This document shows positions 14,876-23,140 of a stretch of 39,458 nt of DNA, one piece after another. The stretch is from an uncultured bacterium (GTDB taxonomy: Bacteria; Eisenbacteria; RBG-16-71-46): contig CAYNPF010000002.1 in the NCBI GenBank assembly GCA_964398895.1, positions 1-39,458 of the forward strand, in the 5' to 3' direction. The number at the start of each line of letters is the position of its first letter. Positions within the stretch are counted from its first letter, which is position 1. The translations under genes were made by a program, and so were the position numbers. The notes below the pieces were generated by a model, which searched no databases, was not told where the DNA came from, and saw only the letters and a program-made list of their open reading frames with translations.

Positions 14876-15331
14876 ATGTCGGCGTCGTCCCGTCGTCCCC
14901 GCACCGCTTCGCCCGGGCGCGAGTTGCTCCGGGGCGCGGGCCTGCGCTGCACGCCGGCCCGCGACGCGGTGCTCGGCGTCCTGGCGCGCCGCGGTCGCCC
15001 GCTGGCCCACCGCGAGATCCTCGACGCGCGCGGGCTGGCCGGACTCGACCGCGTCACCCTCTACCGCACGCTGGCCGCCCTGCTGGCGGCCGGGCTGGTG
15101 CACCGCGTGCAGGACGCGGAGGGCATCTGGCGCTTCTGCGCCCACGTGCGGCGCGGCCGCCACTGCCCCGCGAACCACCCGCACTTCCAGTGCACGCGCT
15201 GCGGCCGGATGCGCTGCCTCGCCGACCAGGCGCTGCCGCGCGTCACCGTGCGCAGCCGCGAGCGCGTGACCGGCAAGCAGCTCGTCGTCTACGGCCTCTG
15301 CGCCGCCTGCGCCGCGCGGGAGGCACGATGA
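14876..15331 (+). CDS. Fur-family metalloregulator (metal specificity unknown)
   Basis: The winged-helix part is RCTPARDAVLGVLARRGRPLAHREILD...RVTLYRTLAALLAAGLVHRV. The His-rich site is CPANHPHF. Two CxxC pairs (CTRCG and CAACA) fit a structural Zn site. The start at ATG 14876 is preferred over the track start at 14795. Confidence 0.8.
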   Translation: MSASSRRPRTASPGRELLRGAGLRCTPARDAVLGVLARRGRPLAHREILDARGLAGLDRVTLYRTLAALLAAGLVHRVQDAEGIWRFCAHVRRGRHCPANHPHFQCTRCGRMRCLADQALPRVTVRSRERVTGKQLVVYGLCAACAAREAR

Positions 15332-15861
15332 GCGGCGAGCTCGTCCTCGTCACCGGCCCGTCGGGCGCCGGCAAGTCCGCGCTGTGCCGCGCGCTGATCG
15401 TCGCCGCCCGCCGCGCCGGTCGCGACGTGGCCGGCCTGCTCTGCCCGGCGGCGTTCGCCGGCGGGAGCAAGATCGGCATCGAGGTCCTCGACCTGCGCAG
15501 CGGCGAGTTGCGCCGTCTCGCCCGGCGGCGCACCGCGGCGGACGATGCGACCACGAGCCGCAGGTGGATCTTCGACGAGGCCGTGCTCGCCTGGGGCAAC
15601 GACCGCCTCGCCGCCGCCACGCCCTGCGGCCTGCTGGTCGTGGACGAACTGGGCCCGCTCGAGCTGGAGGAGGGCCGCGGCTGGAGCGCGGGCCTCGCCG
15701 CCGTGGACTCCGGCGCCTACGCGACGGCGCTGGTGGTCGTGCGTCCCGGCCTGCTCGCTCGCGCGCGGGCGCGCTGGCCGCGGGCCGGGATCGCCGAGGC
15801 CGCCGCGCCCGGGGTGCGCGAGCGGCTGGCCGCGCGGCTGGCCGGCGGGATCGCCCCGTGA
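15328..15861 (+). CDS. Small P-loop NTPase, THEP1/DUF2478-like
   Basis: Walker A is VTGPSGAGKSAL and the Walker B-like motif is LLVVDELGPLELEEG, as in THEP1-type NTPases. ATG 15328 overlaps the Fur-family stop in an ATGA arrangement. Confidence 0.6.
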   Translation: MSGELVLVTGPSGAGKSALCRALIVAARRAGRDVAGLLCPAAFAGGSKIGIEVLDLRSGELRRLARRRTAADDATTSRRWIFDEAVLAWGNDRLAAATPCGLLVVDELGPLELEEGRGWSAGLAAVDSGAYATALVVVRPGLLARARARWPRAGIAEAAAPGVRERLAARLAGGIAP

Positions 15862-17285
15862 TCCGGCTCGACGACCTCACCGTCCACTACGGCACGCGTC
15901 CGGCGCTCGAGCAGGTCTCGCTGCGCGTCGGCGCCGGGGAGTCGGTGCTGGTCGGCGGCGTGTCCGGCTGCGGCAAGACCACGCTGGCGCGGGTGCTGGG
16001 CGGGCTGGTCCCCGCGGTGGTGCCGGCGCGGGTGAGCGGGCGGGCGCGGGTCGCGGACCTGGACGTGCTGCAACCGACGCGGGCCGCGCTGGCCGGTCGC
16101 GTCGGGCTGGTGTTCCAGAACCCGGCGACGCAGCTCTTCTGCCTCACCGTGGCGGAGGAGGTCGGCTTCGGGCCGCGCAACCTCGGGCTCGACGAGACCG
16201 AGACCGCGGCGCGCGTGGACTGGGCGCTGCACGCCACCGGGCTGGCGGCCCTGCGCGAACGCGCGCCGCTCGAGTTGTCCGGCGGCGAGCAGCAGCGCCT
16301 GGCCATCGCCGCCGCGCTGGCGATGCGCCCGCCGCTGCTGGTGCTGGACGAGCCGCTGGCCAGCCTCGACCACGAGGGCGCGCGGCAGGTGCTCGACACG
16401 CTGGCCGATCTCAATCGCCGGCACGGCGTGACCGTCCTGATCATCGAGCACCGGATCGCCGAGGCCGCCCGCGTCGCCGGACGCATCGTGCTGCTCGAGA
16501 ACGGCCGCGTCGTCGTGGACGGCCCCGCCGCCGCCGTCGCCGCCGACCGTCCGCGCCTGTGCGCGCTCGGCCTGGCGCGGCCCGAGCGCGTCCCCCCGCC
16601 GCCCGCGCCGCCGCCCGCGGACGGGGCGGAGACGCTGGTCGAGTTGCGCGACGTCGCCGCGGGCTGGGACGAGCGGCCGGTGCTCGACGGCGTGGACCTC
16701 CGCCTCGCGCCCGGCGAGTTCGTGGCGCTGGTCGGCGGCAACGGCTCGGGCAAGAGCACGCTGGCCCGCGTGCTGGCCGGGCTGATGCGGCCGCGCCGCG
16801 GGCGCCGCATCGCCGGCGGCGCCGCCGCCGCCCCCGGACCGGGCACGGGCCTGCTCTGCCAGAACCCGCTCGACCAGCTCCTCACCGAACGGGTGGAGGA
16901 CGAGGTCGCGCTGGGCCCGCGCAACTGGGCGGTCTTCGACGCGATCGCGCACGAGCGGCTGCTGGCCGCCGCCGACCTCGTCGCCCTGCGCGGGCGCGCC
17001 CCGCTCGCCCTCTCGGCCGGCCAGCAGCAGCGCACCGTGCTGGCGGCCACGCTGGCGCTGACGCCGCGCCTGCTCATCCTCGACGAGCCCACCCTGGGGC
17101 AGGACTGGGCGCACCTCGAGCGGCTGATGACGCTGGTCGCCGACCTGAACGCGCGCGGCAGCGCCGTGCTCTTGATCACCCACGATCACGACCTGGCGGC
17201 CCGCTACGCGCGGCGCACGCTCTACCTGCACGGCGGCCGCCTGGCGGCGACCGCCCCACCTTCGATGAGGGAGACCGACGCATGA
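15858..17285 (+). CDS. ECF-transporter ATPase made of two fused ABC cassettes (EcfA-EcfA')
   Basis: The GTG start overlaps the upstream stop in a GTGA arrangement. Cassette 1 has GVSGCGKTT, LSGGEQQR and LLVLDEP. Cassette 2 has GGNGSGKST, LSAGQQQR and LLILDEP. The CbiO/EcfA-like length and the context next to an EcfT gene support the call. Confidence 0.85.
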   Translation: MIRLDDLTVHYGTRPALEQVSLRVGAGESVLVGGVSGCGKTTLARVLGGLVPAVVPARVSGRARVADLDVLQPTRAALAGRVGLVFQNPATQLFCLTVAEEVGFGPRNLGLDETETAARVDWALHATGLAALRERAPLELSGGEQQRLAIAAALAMRPPLLVLDEPLASLDHEGARQVLDTLADLNRRHGVTVLIIEHRIAEAARVAGRIVLLENGRVVVDGPAAAVAADRPRLCALGLARPERVPPPPAPPPADGAETLVELRDVAAGWDERPVLDGVDLRLAPGEFVALVGGNGSGKSTLARVLAGLMRPRRGRRIAGGAAAAPGPGTGLLCQNPLDQLLTERVEDEVALGPRNWAVFDAIAHERLLAAADLVALRGRAPLALSAGQQQRTVLAATLALTPRLLILDEPTLGQDWAHLERLMTLVADLNARGSAVLLITHDHDLAARYARRTLYLHGGRLAATAPPSMRETDA

Positions 17286-17881
17286 GGAGCTGGCCCACGC
17301 GGAACCTGGTCACGATCGCCGTGTTCGGCGCGCTCTGGGGCGCGGCCGAGATGTCGCTCGGCGCCCTGCTGCACGCGCTGGTGCTGCCGCTCTCGGGACT
17401 GGCGATGACCACGATCGGCCTGCTGATCGCCCTGACCGGCTACCGCTTCGTGCCGCGTCGCGGCGCGGTGCTGGCCATCGCCGTCGTCTGCGCCCTGCTC
17501 AAGGCCCTCAGCGTCGGCGCCATCGTGCTGAGCCCGATGCTGGCGATCCTGATCGAGGGCCTGCTGGCCGAGCTGGGCCTGGCCCTGGCCGGCGGCGGGA
17601 CCGGCGCCGTGCCGCTGGCGATCGGCGGGGCGGCCGGCACGCTGTGGGTGCCGCTGCACCCGTTCGTGAGCCAGGGCCTGATCGCGGGCAAGGGCATGTT
17701 CGAGATCTACCGCCGCCTGCTCGAATCGGGCGCCCGGCTGCTCCACCTCGACCCGCGAGCCATCCCGGTCATCCTGGTGGGGTTGCTCGTGCTCCACGCC
17801 GGCGCGGGCGCGATCGCCGGCCTGCTCGCCCACGGGCTGGGCCGGCAGCTCGCCCACCGGTTGCGGGCCGGGGAGGCCTGA
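17282..17881 (+). CDS. Polytopic membrane protein of 199 aa in the position of an ECF substrate-capture (S) component; family not recognised
   Basis: ATG 17282 overlaps the ATPase stop in an ATGA arrangement. There are about 5-6 hydrophobic helices (TIAVFGALWGAAEMSLGALLHAL, GLAMTTIGLLIALTG, AVLAIAVVCALLKAL and others). The size and the position between EcfA and EcfT fit an S component. It shows no CbiM/BioY/RibU-type motif that I can recognise. Confidence 0.5.
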   Translation: MRSWPTRNLVTIAVFGALWGAAEMSLGALLHALVLPLSGLAMTTIGLLIALTGYRFVPRRGAVLAIAVVCALLKALSVGAIVLSPMLAILIEGLLAELGLALAGGGTGAVPLAIGGAAGTLWVPLHPFVSQGLIAGKGMFEIYRRLLESGARLLHLDPRAIPVILVGLLVLHAGAGAIAGLLAHGLGRQLAHRLRAGEA

Positions 17882-18573
17882 TGCGCCGCAACCGCCTCGG
17901 CATTCCCGGCCAGCTCGGCTGCTTCCTCGCCGTGCTGCTGGCCGCGGTGCTGCTCGGCGGGCCGCGTTCGCTGCTGGCGCTGGCGCTGGCCGTGGGCCTG
18001 GCGGTCGCCTTCCACCCGGTGGCGCTGCGGGTGGCGCGCAGCGCGCTGGTATGGACGTTCACCGCGGTGCTGCTGGTCTCCGGCGCGCTGTGGCTCGGCC
18101 GGCCCGACGTCCACCTCGGCCCCCTTGCCCTCTCGCGCGCCGGGCTGGCCGCCGGGTCGTGGATGGCGGTGCGGGCCCTCGCCATCCTGGTCGCGACCCG
18201 CGGGCTGGCGGCGGCGACCTCGCCCGGCGAGCTGGCCGGGCTGCTCGAGCGCGCCGGGCTGCCCGGGCTGGGCTTCACGCTGGGCGTGGCGGTGCACCTG
18301 CTGCCGGCGCTCGAACGCTCCTCGCTCCACACCTGGGACACGCTGCGGATGCGGGGCGGCCTGCGCCACCGGCGCCGCCAGGCGCTGCGGCTGGCCGCCC
18401 TGACGGTGATGAGCGGGGCGCTGCGCCGGGCCGACGAGATCGCCATCGCCGCCGAGGCCCGCGGCTTCGGCCTCCGGCACGCCCGGCCACCCGCCCTGCG
18501 CCGCGGCCGCCTCGACGTCCCGGTGCTGTCCGCCCTGGCCCTGCTCATCGCCCTGCTGGCCCTCTGGCACTGA
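17881..18573 (+). CDS. ECF-transporter transmembrane (T) component, CbiQ/EcfT family
   Basis: ATG 17881 shares 1 nt with the upstream TGA. There are 5-6 TM helices. The conserved C-terminal coupling motif context is ADEIAIAAEARGFG (Ala-Arg-Gly). Confidence 0.75.
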   Translation: MRRNRLGIPGQLGCFLAVLLAAVLLGGPRSLLALALAVGLAVAFHPVALRVARSALVWTFTAVLLVSGALWLGRPDVHLGPLALSRAGLAAGSWMAVRALAILVATRGLAAATSPGELAGLLERAGLPGLGFTLGVAVHLLPALERSSLHTWDTLRMRGGLRHRRRQALRLAALTVMSGALRRADEIAIAAEARGFGLRHARPPALRRGRLDVPVLSALALLIALLALWH

Positions 18574-18783
18574 GTTCCCGGGCCGCGTCGGGAGCGGCCC
18601 CGCACCACGCCCGCCCGGCACCGTAGGCGACCCGTGGTCCCCTGCGCTATGCTGGCCCCCGTCTCCCTCGCGGTCGAGGGTCTTCCATAGCCGCCCCGGG
18701 GCCCCCGGGTCGGAACGCCGTCCACGCGAAGCCCCGGTCGCGAGACCGGTCCGGCGGCTCCTGCCGCCCATAGAGGTTTCGAG

Positions 18784-19668
18784 ATGTCCGAGATCGTGCA
18801 GGTCTGCCTGCGCGGATCGCGCAAGGACTTCTTCCTCAATTCCCGGCACCTGTCCCTGCAGCGGCACGACCGCGTCGTCGTCCAGGCGGAGCACGGCGAG
18901 ACGATCGGCAGCGTGTGCCTGCGCGATCCCGCCCTCGTCGAGCTGAAGCTCCCCGGCAACGTCACCCGCGAGATCATCCGCAAGGCCACCGAGGAGGACC
19001 TCGACCTCGAGGACCATCTCGACCAGCGCGAGCGCGAGGCCTTCGAGTACTGCCGCGAGCGGATCGCCGTCCGCGAGCTGAAGATGGACCTCTCCGAGGT
19101 CGAGGCCTCCTTCACCGGCCACCGCATCACCTTCTACTTCTCGGCCGAGCACCGGGTGGACTTCCGCGAGCTGGTCAAGGACCTCGCCGCCCGCTTCCAG
19201 ACCCGCATCGAGCTGCGCCAGATCGGCGTGCGCGACCAGGCCAAGCGTCTCGACGGCTGCGGGCCGTGCGGGCGCGCCTTCTGCTGCTCGACCTGGCTGC
19301 GGGACTTCCATCCCGTCACCCTGCGCATGGCGCGCGAGCAGCAGCTCACGCTGAACCCGACCAAGATCTCCGGCGCCTGCGGCCGCCTGATGTGCTGCCT
19401 GGCCTACGAGCTGGCCCTCTACCGCCAGAACGCCGCCGAGCTGCCGCCGGTCGGCGCCCGCCTGCGCACCGGGCTGGGGCCCTGCCAGGTGGTGCGCACC
19501 GAGCTGCACCGGCGCGCGGTGTGGCTGCGCGACGGCGACGGCCAGGAGCACCGCGTCGGCCTCGACGAGCTGCCGCCGGGGCCGTGGCCGCGCGGCGGCC
19601 CGGCCGCGGGCGCGGCGGCGGAGCGCGAGCCGGACGGCGAGACGATCGAGGAGGGCGAGGGCGCCTGA
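18784..19668 (+). CDS. ricT: PSP1-domain protein (YaaT/RicT family)
   Basis: The matching stretches are FYFSAEHRVDFRELVKDLAARFQTRIELRQIGVRDQAKRLDGCGPCGRAFCCSTWL and LNPTKISGACGRLMCCLAYE. These closely match the conserved Cys-rich PSP1 core. A GAGG SD lies 7 nt upstream. Confidence 0.85.
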   Translation: MSEIVQVCLRGSRKDFFLNSRHLSLQRHDRVVVQAEHGETIGSVCLRDPALVELKLPGNVTREIIRKATEEDLDLEDHLDQREREAFEYCRERIAVRELKMDLSEVEASFTGHRITFYFSAEHRVDFRELVKDLAARFQTRIELRQIGVRDQAKRLDGCGPCGRAFCCSTWLRDFHPVTLRMAREQQLTLNPTKISGACGRLMCCLAYELALYRQNAAELPPVGARLRTGLGPCQVVRTELHRRAVWLRDGDGQEHRVGLDELPPGPWPRGGPAAGAAAEREPDGETIEEGEGA

Positions 19669-19678
19669 GCCCGCGGCC

Positions 19679-20515
19679 CTACAGCGGGCGGCGGCGGAAG
19701 GTGTGCAGCGCCAGCAGCAGCGCGACCAGCAGGTAACCGACCGCCCACACCACCATCGCCGGACTCGGCACCGAGGCCGGCGAAAACGGTCCCATGTGCA
19801 GCTCGCGCATGACCGTGGGCTGCATCCGCGAGGCGGCGAGCTGCCACAGCGATTCGCTCGGCATGATCAGGCTGGCGATCGTGCCCACCGAGCGCGCCGC
19901 GTCGTTGCCGACGAAGGTGCCGATCTGCTCCACCCAGTTGCCGACGAAGGCCAGCCCGTGCAGCCCGAGGACGATCATGCCGTTGGTGATGGTGCCGAAG
20001 CGGGTGCCGCAGGCGATCACCATCGTCACCAGCAGCGCGCCCTCGAGCACCATGAGCGCCAGGCCCGTGCCCGCGTTCGGCGGCAGGAAGCCGCCCAGCG
20101 ATCGGCCGATCACCAGCACGCCGCCGGCCAGCAGCAGCAGGTAGGCGGTCACCAGCAGCACGAACGCCGCCCACTTGCCGAGCAGGATCGCCGAGCGCCG
20201 CACCGGCTTCGACGCCACCGTCTGCAGGACGCCCGAGGCGATCTCGCCCGAGAGCGTGTCGGCCGGCAGCAGCACCGCGGCCATCACGCCGAGCAGGTCC
20301 ACCGCGAAGAGCCCGGCCAGCAGCAGGAGGTTCAGCGCCATGCGGCGCTCCAGCAGCGAGACCACCGGCTGGTGCTGCATCTGCCGCCCGACGAAGTAGA
20401 AGCCGGTGCCGTAGAGGGCGAGGAAGGCGACCCCGCCGAGCAGGGCGGCGAGCAGGATGCGGCGCCGCGAGGCCTCGTGCACCGTGAGCCGCAGGATGGT
20501 CAGGAATCCGTTCAT
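19679..20515 (-). CDS. ABC-2-type transporter permease
   Basis: The start is ATG 20515 (MNGFLTILRLTVHEASRRRILLAALLGGVAFLAL). There are six hydrophobic segments. The gene lies 4 nt downstream of the ABC ATPase. The track N-terminus at 20608 is an over-extension. Confidence 0.7.
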   Translation of the reverse strand: MNGFLTILRLTVHEASRRRILLAALLGGVAFLALYGTGFYFVGRQMQHQPVVSLLERRMALNLLLLAGLFAVDLLGVMAAVLLPADTLSGEIASGVLQTVASKPVRRSAILLGKWAAFVLLVTAYLLLLAGGVLVIGRSLGGFLPPNAGTGLALMVLEGALLVTMVIACGTRFGTITNGMIVLGLHGLAFVGNWVEQIGTFVGNDAARSVGTIASLIMPSESLWQLAASRMQPTVMRELHMGPFSPASVPSPAMVVWAVGYLLVALLLALHTFRRRPL

Positions 20516-20519
20516 CGTC

Positions 20520-21440
20520 TCACCCCGGCCGCTGTCCGTCGCCCATGACCTCGAGGAACCAGGTCTCGAGCGACTTGCGGCGGCAGCGCATCTCGTGCAG
20601 CGCCACACCCCCGGCGACCAGCCACCGCGCCAGCTCGGGCAGCGTCTCGTCGCGATCCACCCCCAGGCTCACCCAGCCATCGGCCTCGGCCGGCTCGCGA
20701 CCGAAGCGCGTCAGCGCCGCCAGCAGTCCGGCGTCGTGCGGACCGAGCCGCAGCTCGACCGTGATCCCCGCCGCGCCCGGCGCGGTGAGCGACAGCTCGT
20801 GCACGGTCAGGCCCTGCTTGAGGAACACCACGCGGTCGCAGGTCGCCTCCACCTCGCCGAGCAGGTGCGAGTTGAGGAACACGGTCACGCCCCGCCCGCG
20901 CAGCTCGCCGATCACGTCGCGCACCAGACGGCGACCGAGCGGGTCCAGCCCCGAGGTCGGCTCGTCGAGGAAGACGAGCGCCGGCTCGGCCAGCAGCGCC
21001 TGGGCCAGGCCGACGCGCTGCAGCATGCCCTTGCTGTAGTCGCGCAGCCGCCGGTGCGCGGCGTCGAGCAGGTCCACGCGCTCCAGCAGCCCGTCCACCC
21101 GCGCGCGCAGCGGCGCGCCGTGCAGCCCGAACAGGCGGCCGTGGAACTCCAGCAACTCGCGCCCGGTGAGCCAGTCGGGGAAGCGGAAGTGCTCGGGCAG
21201 GAAGCCGACCCGCCCCAGGGCGCGCCGGTCGCCGAGCGGACGCCCCAGCACCCGCGCCTCGCCGGCGCTGGGGCGGACCAGGCCGAGCAGCATCTTGAGC
21301 GACGTGGTCTTGCCCGCCCCGTTCGGGCCGAGGAAGCCGAAGACCTCGCCCGCCGCCACGCTCAGCGACAGGTCAACCACGGCGACCTTGTCCCCGAACC
21401 GCCGGCACAGCCCACGCGTCTCGATGACGGGCGAGGTCAC
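20520..21440 (-). CDS. ABC transporter ATP-binding protein (ABC-2/DrrA-like exporter ATPase)
   Basis: Walker A is GPNGAGKTTS, the signature is YSKGMLQR and Walker B is LVFLDEPTSGLD. It has a GTG start with a G-rich SD. Confidence 0.85.
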   Translation of the reverse strand: MTSPVIETRGLCRRFGDKVAVVDLSLSVAAGEVFGFLGPNGAGKTTSLKMLLGLVRPSAGEARVLGRPLGDRRALGRVGFLPEHFRFPDWLTGRELLEFHGRLFGLHGAPLRARVDGLLERVDLLDAAHRRLRDYSKGMLQRVGLAQALLAEPALVFLDEPTSGLDPLGRRLVRDVIGELRGRGVTVFLNSHLLGEVEATCDRVVFLKQGLTVHELSLTAPGAAGITVELRLGPHDAGLLAALTRFGREPAEADGWVSLGVDRDETLPELARWLVAGGVALHEMRCRRKSLETWFLEVMGDGQRPG

Positions 21441-21448
21441 GATCCCCC

Positions 21449-22438
21449 CTAGTTCAGCGACTCGGCCAGCTCGACCAGCTCGACCTCGTCGGGCCCGCCG
21501 GCCAGCGCGTACACCATGTCGCCGTCACTCCACAACAGCAGGCGGTCCGTCCGCCGCGCTCCCGGCTCGCCGTCGGGCGAATGACCGCTGGAGCGTACCA
21601 GCAGGGCCTGGTGGCCGTGCACACTCACCGTCGTGAACGAGGCGGCGTCGAGCGGCACCGGCACGACCAGCGTGCTGTGCCAGTCCACCGAGCGGGCGAA
21701 GCGACGCGCCTCGCCGGCGTCGAGGCCGGCCACGCGCAGGCCGATCTCGCCGAGCCGGGCCAGGTCCACGCCCGCCGGCAGCTCGACCTCCGGGCTGCGC
21801 GCCTGGATCAGCGCGACCGACCGCTGCCCGCGATGCAGGAGCTGGTGCACCGTCGGCGAGGTGCGGACGGTGATCGCCTGGCCGGCGAGCCCGGCCGGCA
21901 CCTCGAGGTCGCGCAGGTCGAGCAGCTCGAAGACCCGCTGCAACCGGGCGCCGTCCACCGCGAAGCGCACCGCACCGGCGCCGATCACGGTGATGCTGTC
22001 GGCCGTCACGCCGGCCGGCGACGACGGCGTGCGCACGGGGAAGCCGGCAAGGGTCGAGGCCTCCGCCACCGTGGCGACCGCACGGGGCGCCGACGGTTCC
22101 TGCAGCACCTCGGGCCGGCCGCCGGCCAGCACCGAGGCGGGATCGAGGCGCTCGTCCTTCAGGCGCTCGAGCCGGGCGGGATCCACCGAGACCGCCGCGA
22201 AGTTGCGCACCCGGAACAGGTCGAGGAAGGCCTGCGCCGACACCCGCACCGCCGGGACGGTGAAGCCCAGCACCGCCACCGCCACCGTCAGTCCGGCGGC
22301 CAGCGCCCAGCCGAGGCGCGGCGCGCCCGCGCCGGCCGCCGCGCGGGCCGGTCCCTGGCGGTGCAGCCGCTCCCGCAGCTCGCGGGCGAATTCCGGCCGC
22401 GGCTCGCGGCGCATCGCGAGAAGTTCGCGTTCGTCCAT
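21449..22438 (-). CDS. Single-pass membrane protein with a DUF4367-like C-terminus, putative anti-sigma factor
   Basis: ATG 22438 is preceded by a perfect AGGAGG (22445-22450) with a 6-nt spacer. A short cytoplasmic N-terminus is followed by one TM helix (LGWALAAGLTVAVAVLGF). The extracytoplasmic domain ends in LLLWSDGDMVYALAGGPDEVELVELAESLN. The gene lies directly downstream of the ECF sigma gene. There is no HxxxCxxC zinc motif. Confidence 0.5.
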   Translation of the reverse strand: MDERELLAMRREPRPEFARELRERLHRQGPARAAAGAGAPRLGWALAAGLTVAVAVLGFTVPAVRVSAQAFLDLFRVRNFAAVSVDPARLERLKDERLDPASVLAGGRPEVLQEPSAPRAVATVAEASTLAGFPVRTPSSPAGVTADSITVIGAGAVRFAVDGARLQRVFELLDLRDLEVPAGLAGQAITVRTSPTVHQLLHRGQRSVALIQARSPEVELPAGVDLARLGEIGLRVAGLDAGEARRFARSVDWHSTLVVPVPLDAASFTTVSVHGHQALLVRSSGHSPDGEPGARRTDRLLLWSDGDMVYALAGGPDEVELVELAESLN

Positions 22439-22448
22439 CTCCGTCCTC

Positions 22449-22988
22449 CTACCAGTCGTCACGCAGATCCCGGATCGTGCGATGCAGGATGGTGCCGACG
22501 TTCGATGCCGTCAGTCCGGTGAGCCGGGCGATCGCCCGGTTCGCGAGCCCCGCGCCGTACTTGAGCGCCAGCAGCTCGCGGTTGCGGTCCGGCAGCCCGG
22601 CCAGCAGCCGCGACAGGCGCTCGCAGTCCGACCGCAGCACCGCCGTCTCCTCCGGCGTCGGGCCCGCGGCCAGCTCGGCGGCTGCGTCGAGTGGCACGTG
22701 CGGACGCGCGGCGTCGCGGCGGTACGCGTCAATGGCGACGTTGCGGGCGATGGTCAGGAGCCAGGTGGAGAAGGCCCCGAGGTCGCGCCGGTACCGGTCC
22801 CGCGCCCGCCAGGCCTTCTCGAAGGTGACGGAGGTCAGGTCCTCGGCTTCGGGACCGTCCCCCACCCGGTAGCGGAAGAAGTTGTAGACGCGGGGCAACT
22901 GCTCCGCGTACAACGCGTCCCAATCCGCCTCCCGGGCCGGGGTCAGCCACCCCGCCAGTCTCCCGATCATTCCGCTCGCGTTCGCCAT
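22449..22988 (-). CDS. ECF-type RNA polymerase sigma factor (sigma-70 family group 4)
   Basis: Region 2 is VYNFFRYRVGDGPEAEDLTSVTFEKAWRARDRY...FSTWLLTIARNVAIDAYRR. Region 4 is LPDRNRELLALKYGAGLANRAIARLTGLTASNVGTILHRTIRDLR. The start at ATG 22988 is favoured by a TATAGT hexamer 7 nt upstream. The track start is 23024. Confidence 0.85.
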   Translation of the reverse strand: MANASGMIGRLAGWLTPAREADWDALYAEQLPRVYNFFRYRVGDGPEAEDLTSVTFEKAWRARDRYRRDLGAFSTWLLTIARNVAIDAYRRDAARPHVPLDAAAELAAGPTPEETAVLRSDCERLSRLLAGLPDRNRELLALKYGAGLANRAIARLTGLTASNVGTILHRTIRDLRDDW

Positions 22989-22995
22989 CCGCCCT

Positions 22996-23001
22996 ACTAT
23001 A
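22996..23001 (-). promoter_or_regulatory. -10 hexamer for a leaderless ECF sigma operon transcript
   Basis: On the minus strand, TATAGT is followed by 7 nt (AGGGCGG) and then ATG 22988. Confidence 0.45.
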
Positions 23002-23103
23002 CGCAGGGGACGCGGCGCCATCACACCGCGGGGCGCGCGGGCGGCGCAGGTGCCGCCCGCCCACGGGCTTCGCCGGTCCTCGCACGCGCCGCTCCGGTTT
23101 CGC

Positions 23104-23109
23104 TATAAT
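23104..23109 (+). promoter_or_regulatory. -10 hexamer of the metG promoter
   Basis: A consensus TATAAT lies 31 nt upstream of GTG 23141. The GGGAGA SD (23131-23136) lies 4 nt before the start. I found no convincing -35 box. Confidence 0.5.
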
Positions 23110-23140
23110 CTCCCGTTCACGAGCCACCCCGGGAGATACC

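Noticed and set aside
11963-15184. A 1073-aa minus-strand ORF spanning ftsX, the envC-like gene, holB and the Fur-family gene
   Set aside because: It runs antisense to four well-supported genes. The translation is Arg/Ala/Gly/Pro-rich and low in complexity, with no recognisable motif. Long stop-free antisense frames are expected in DNA this GC-rich.
18574-18783. Possibility that the ricT upstream region encodes SRP RNA, RNase P RNA, tmRNA or a known riboswitch
   Set aside because: It has no SRP domain IV motif (GGAA tetraloop with AGCAGC context). It has no RNase P GGAAAGUCCGG-like core. It is too short for tmRNA. I kept it only as an unclassified structured leader.
23108-23137. An 8-bp helix ATCTCCCG/CGGGAGAT that would sequester the metG Shine-Dalgarno sequence
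   Set aside because: The left arm overlaps the TATAAT -10 box and lies upstream of the expected TSS (about 23116). It would not be part of the mRNA if that promoter is used. At the DNA level it is only a palindrome.
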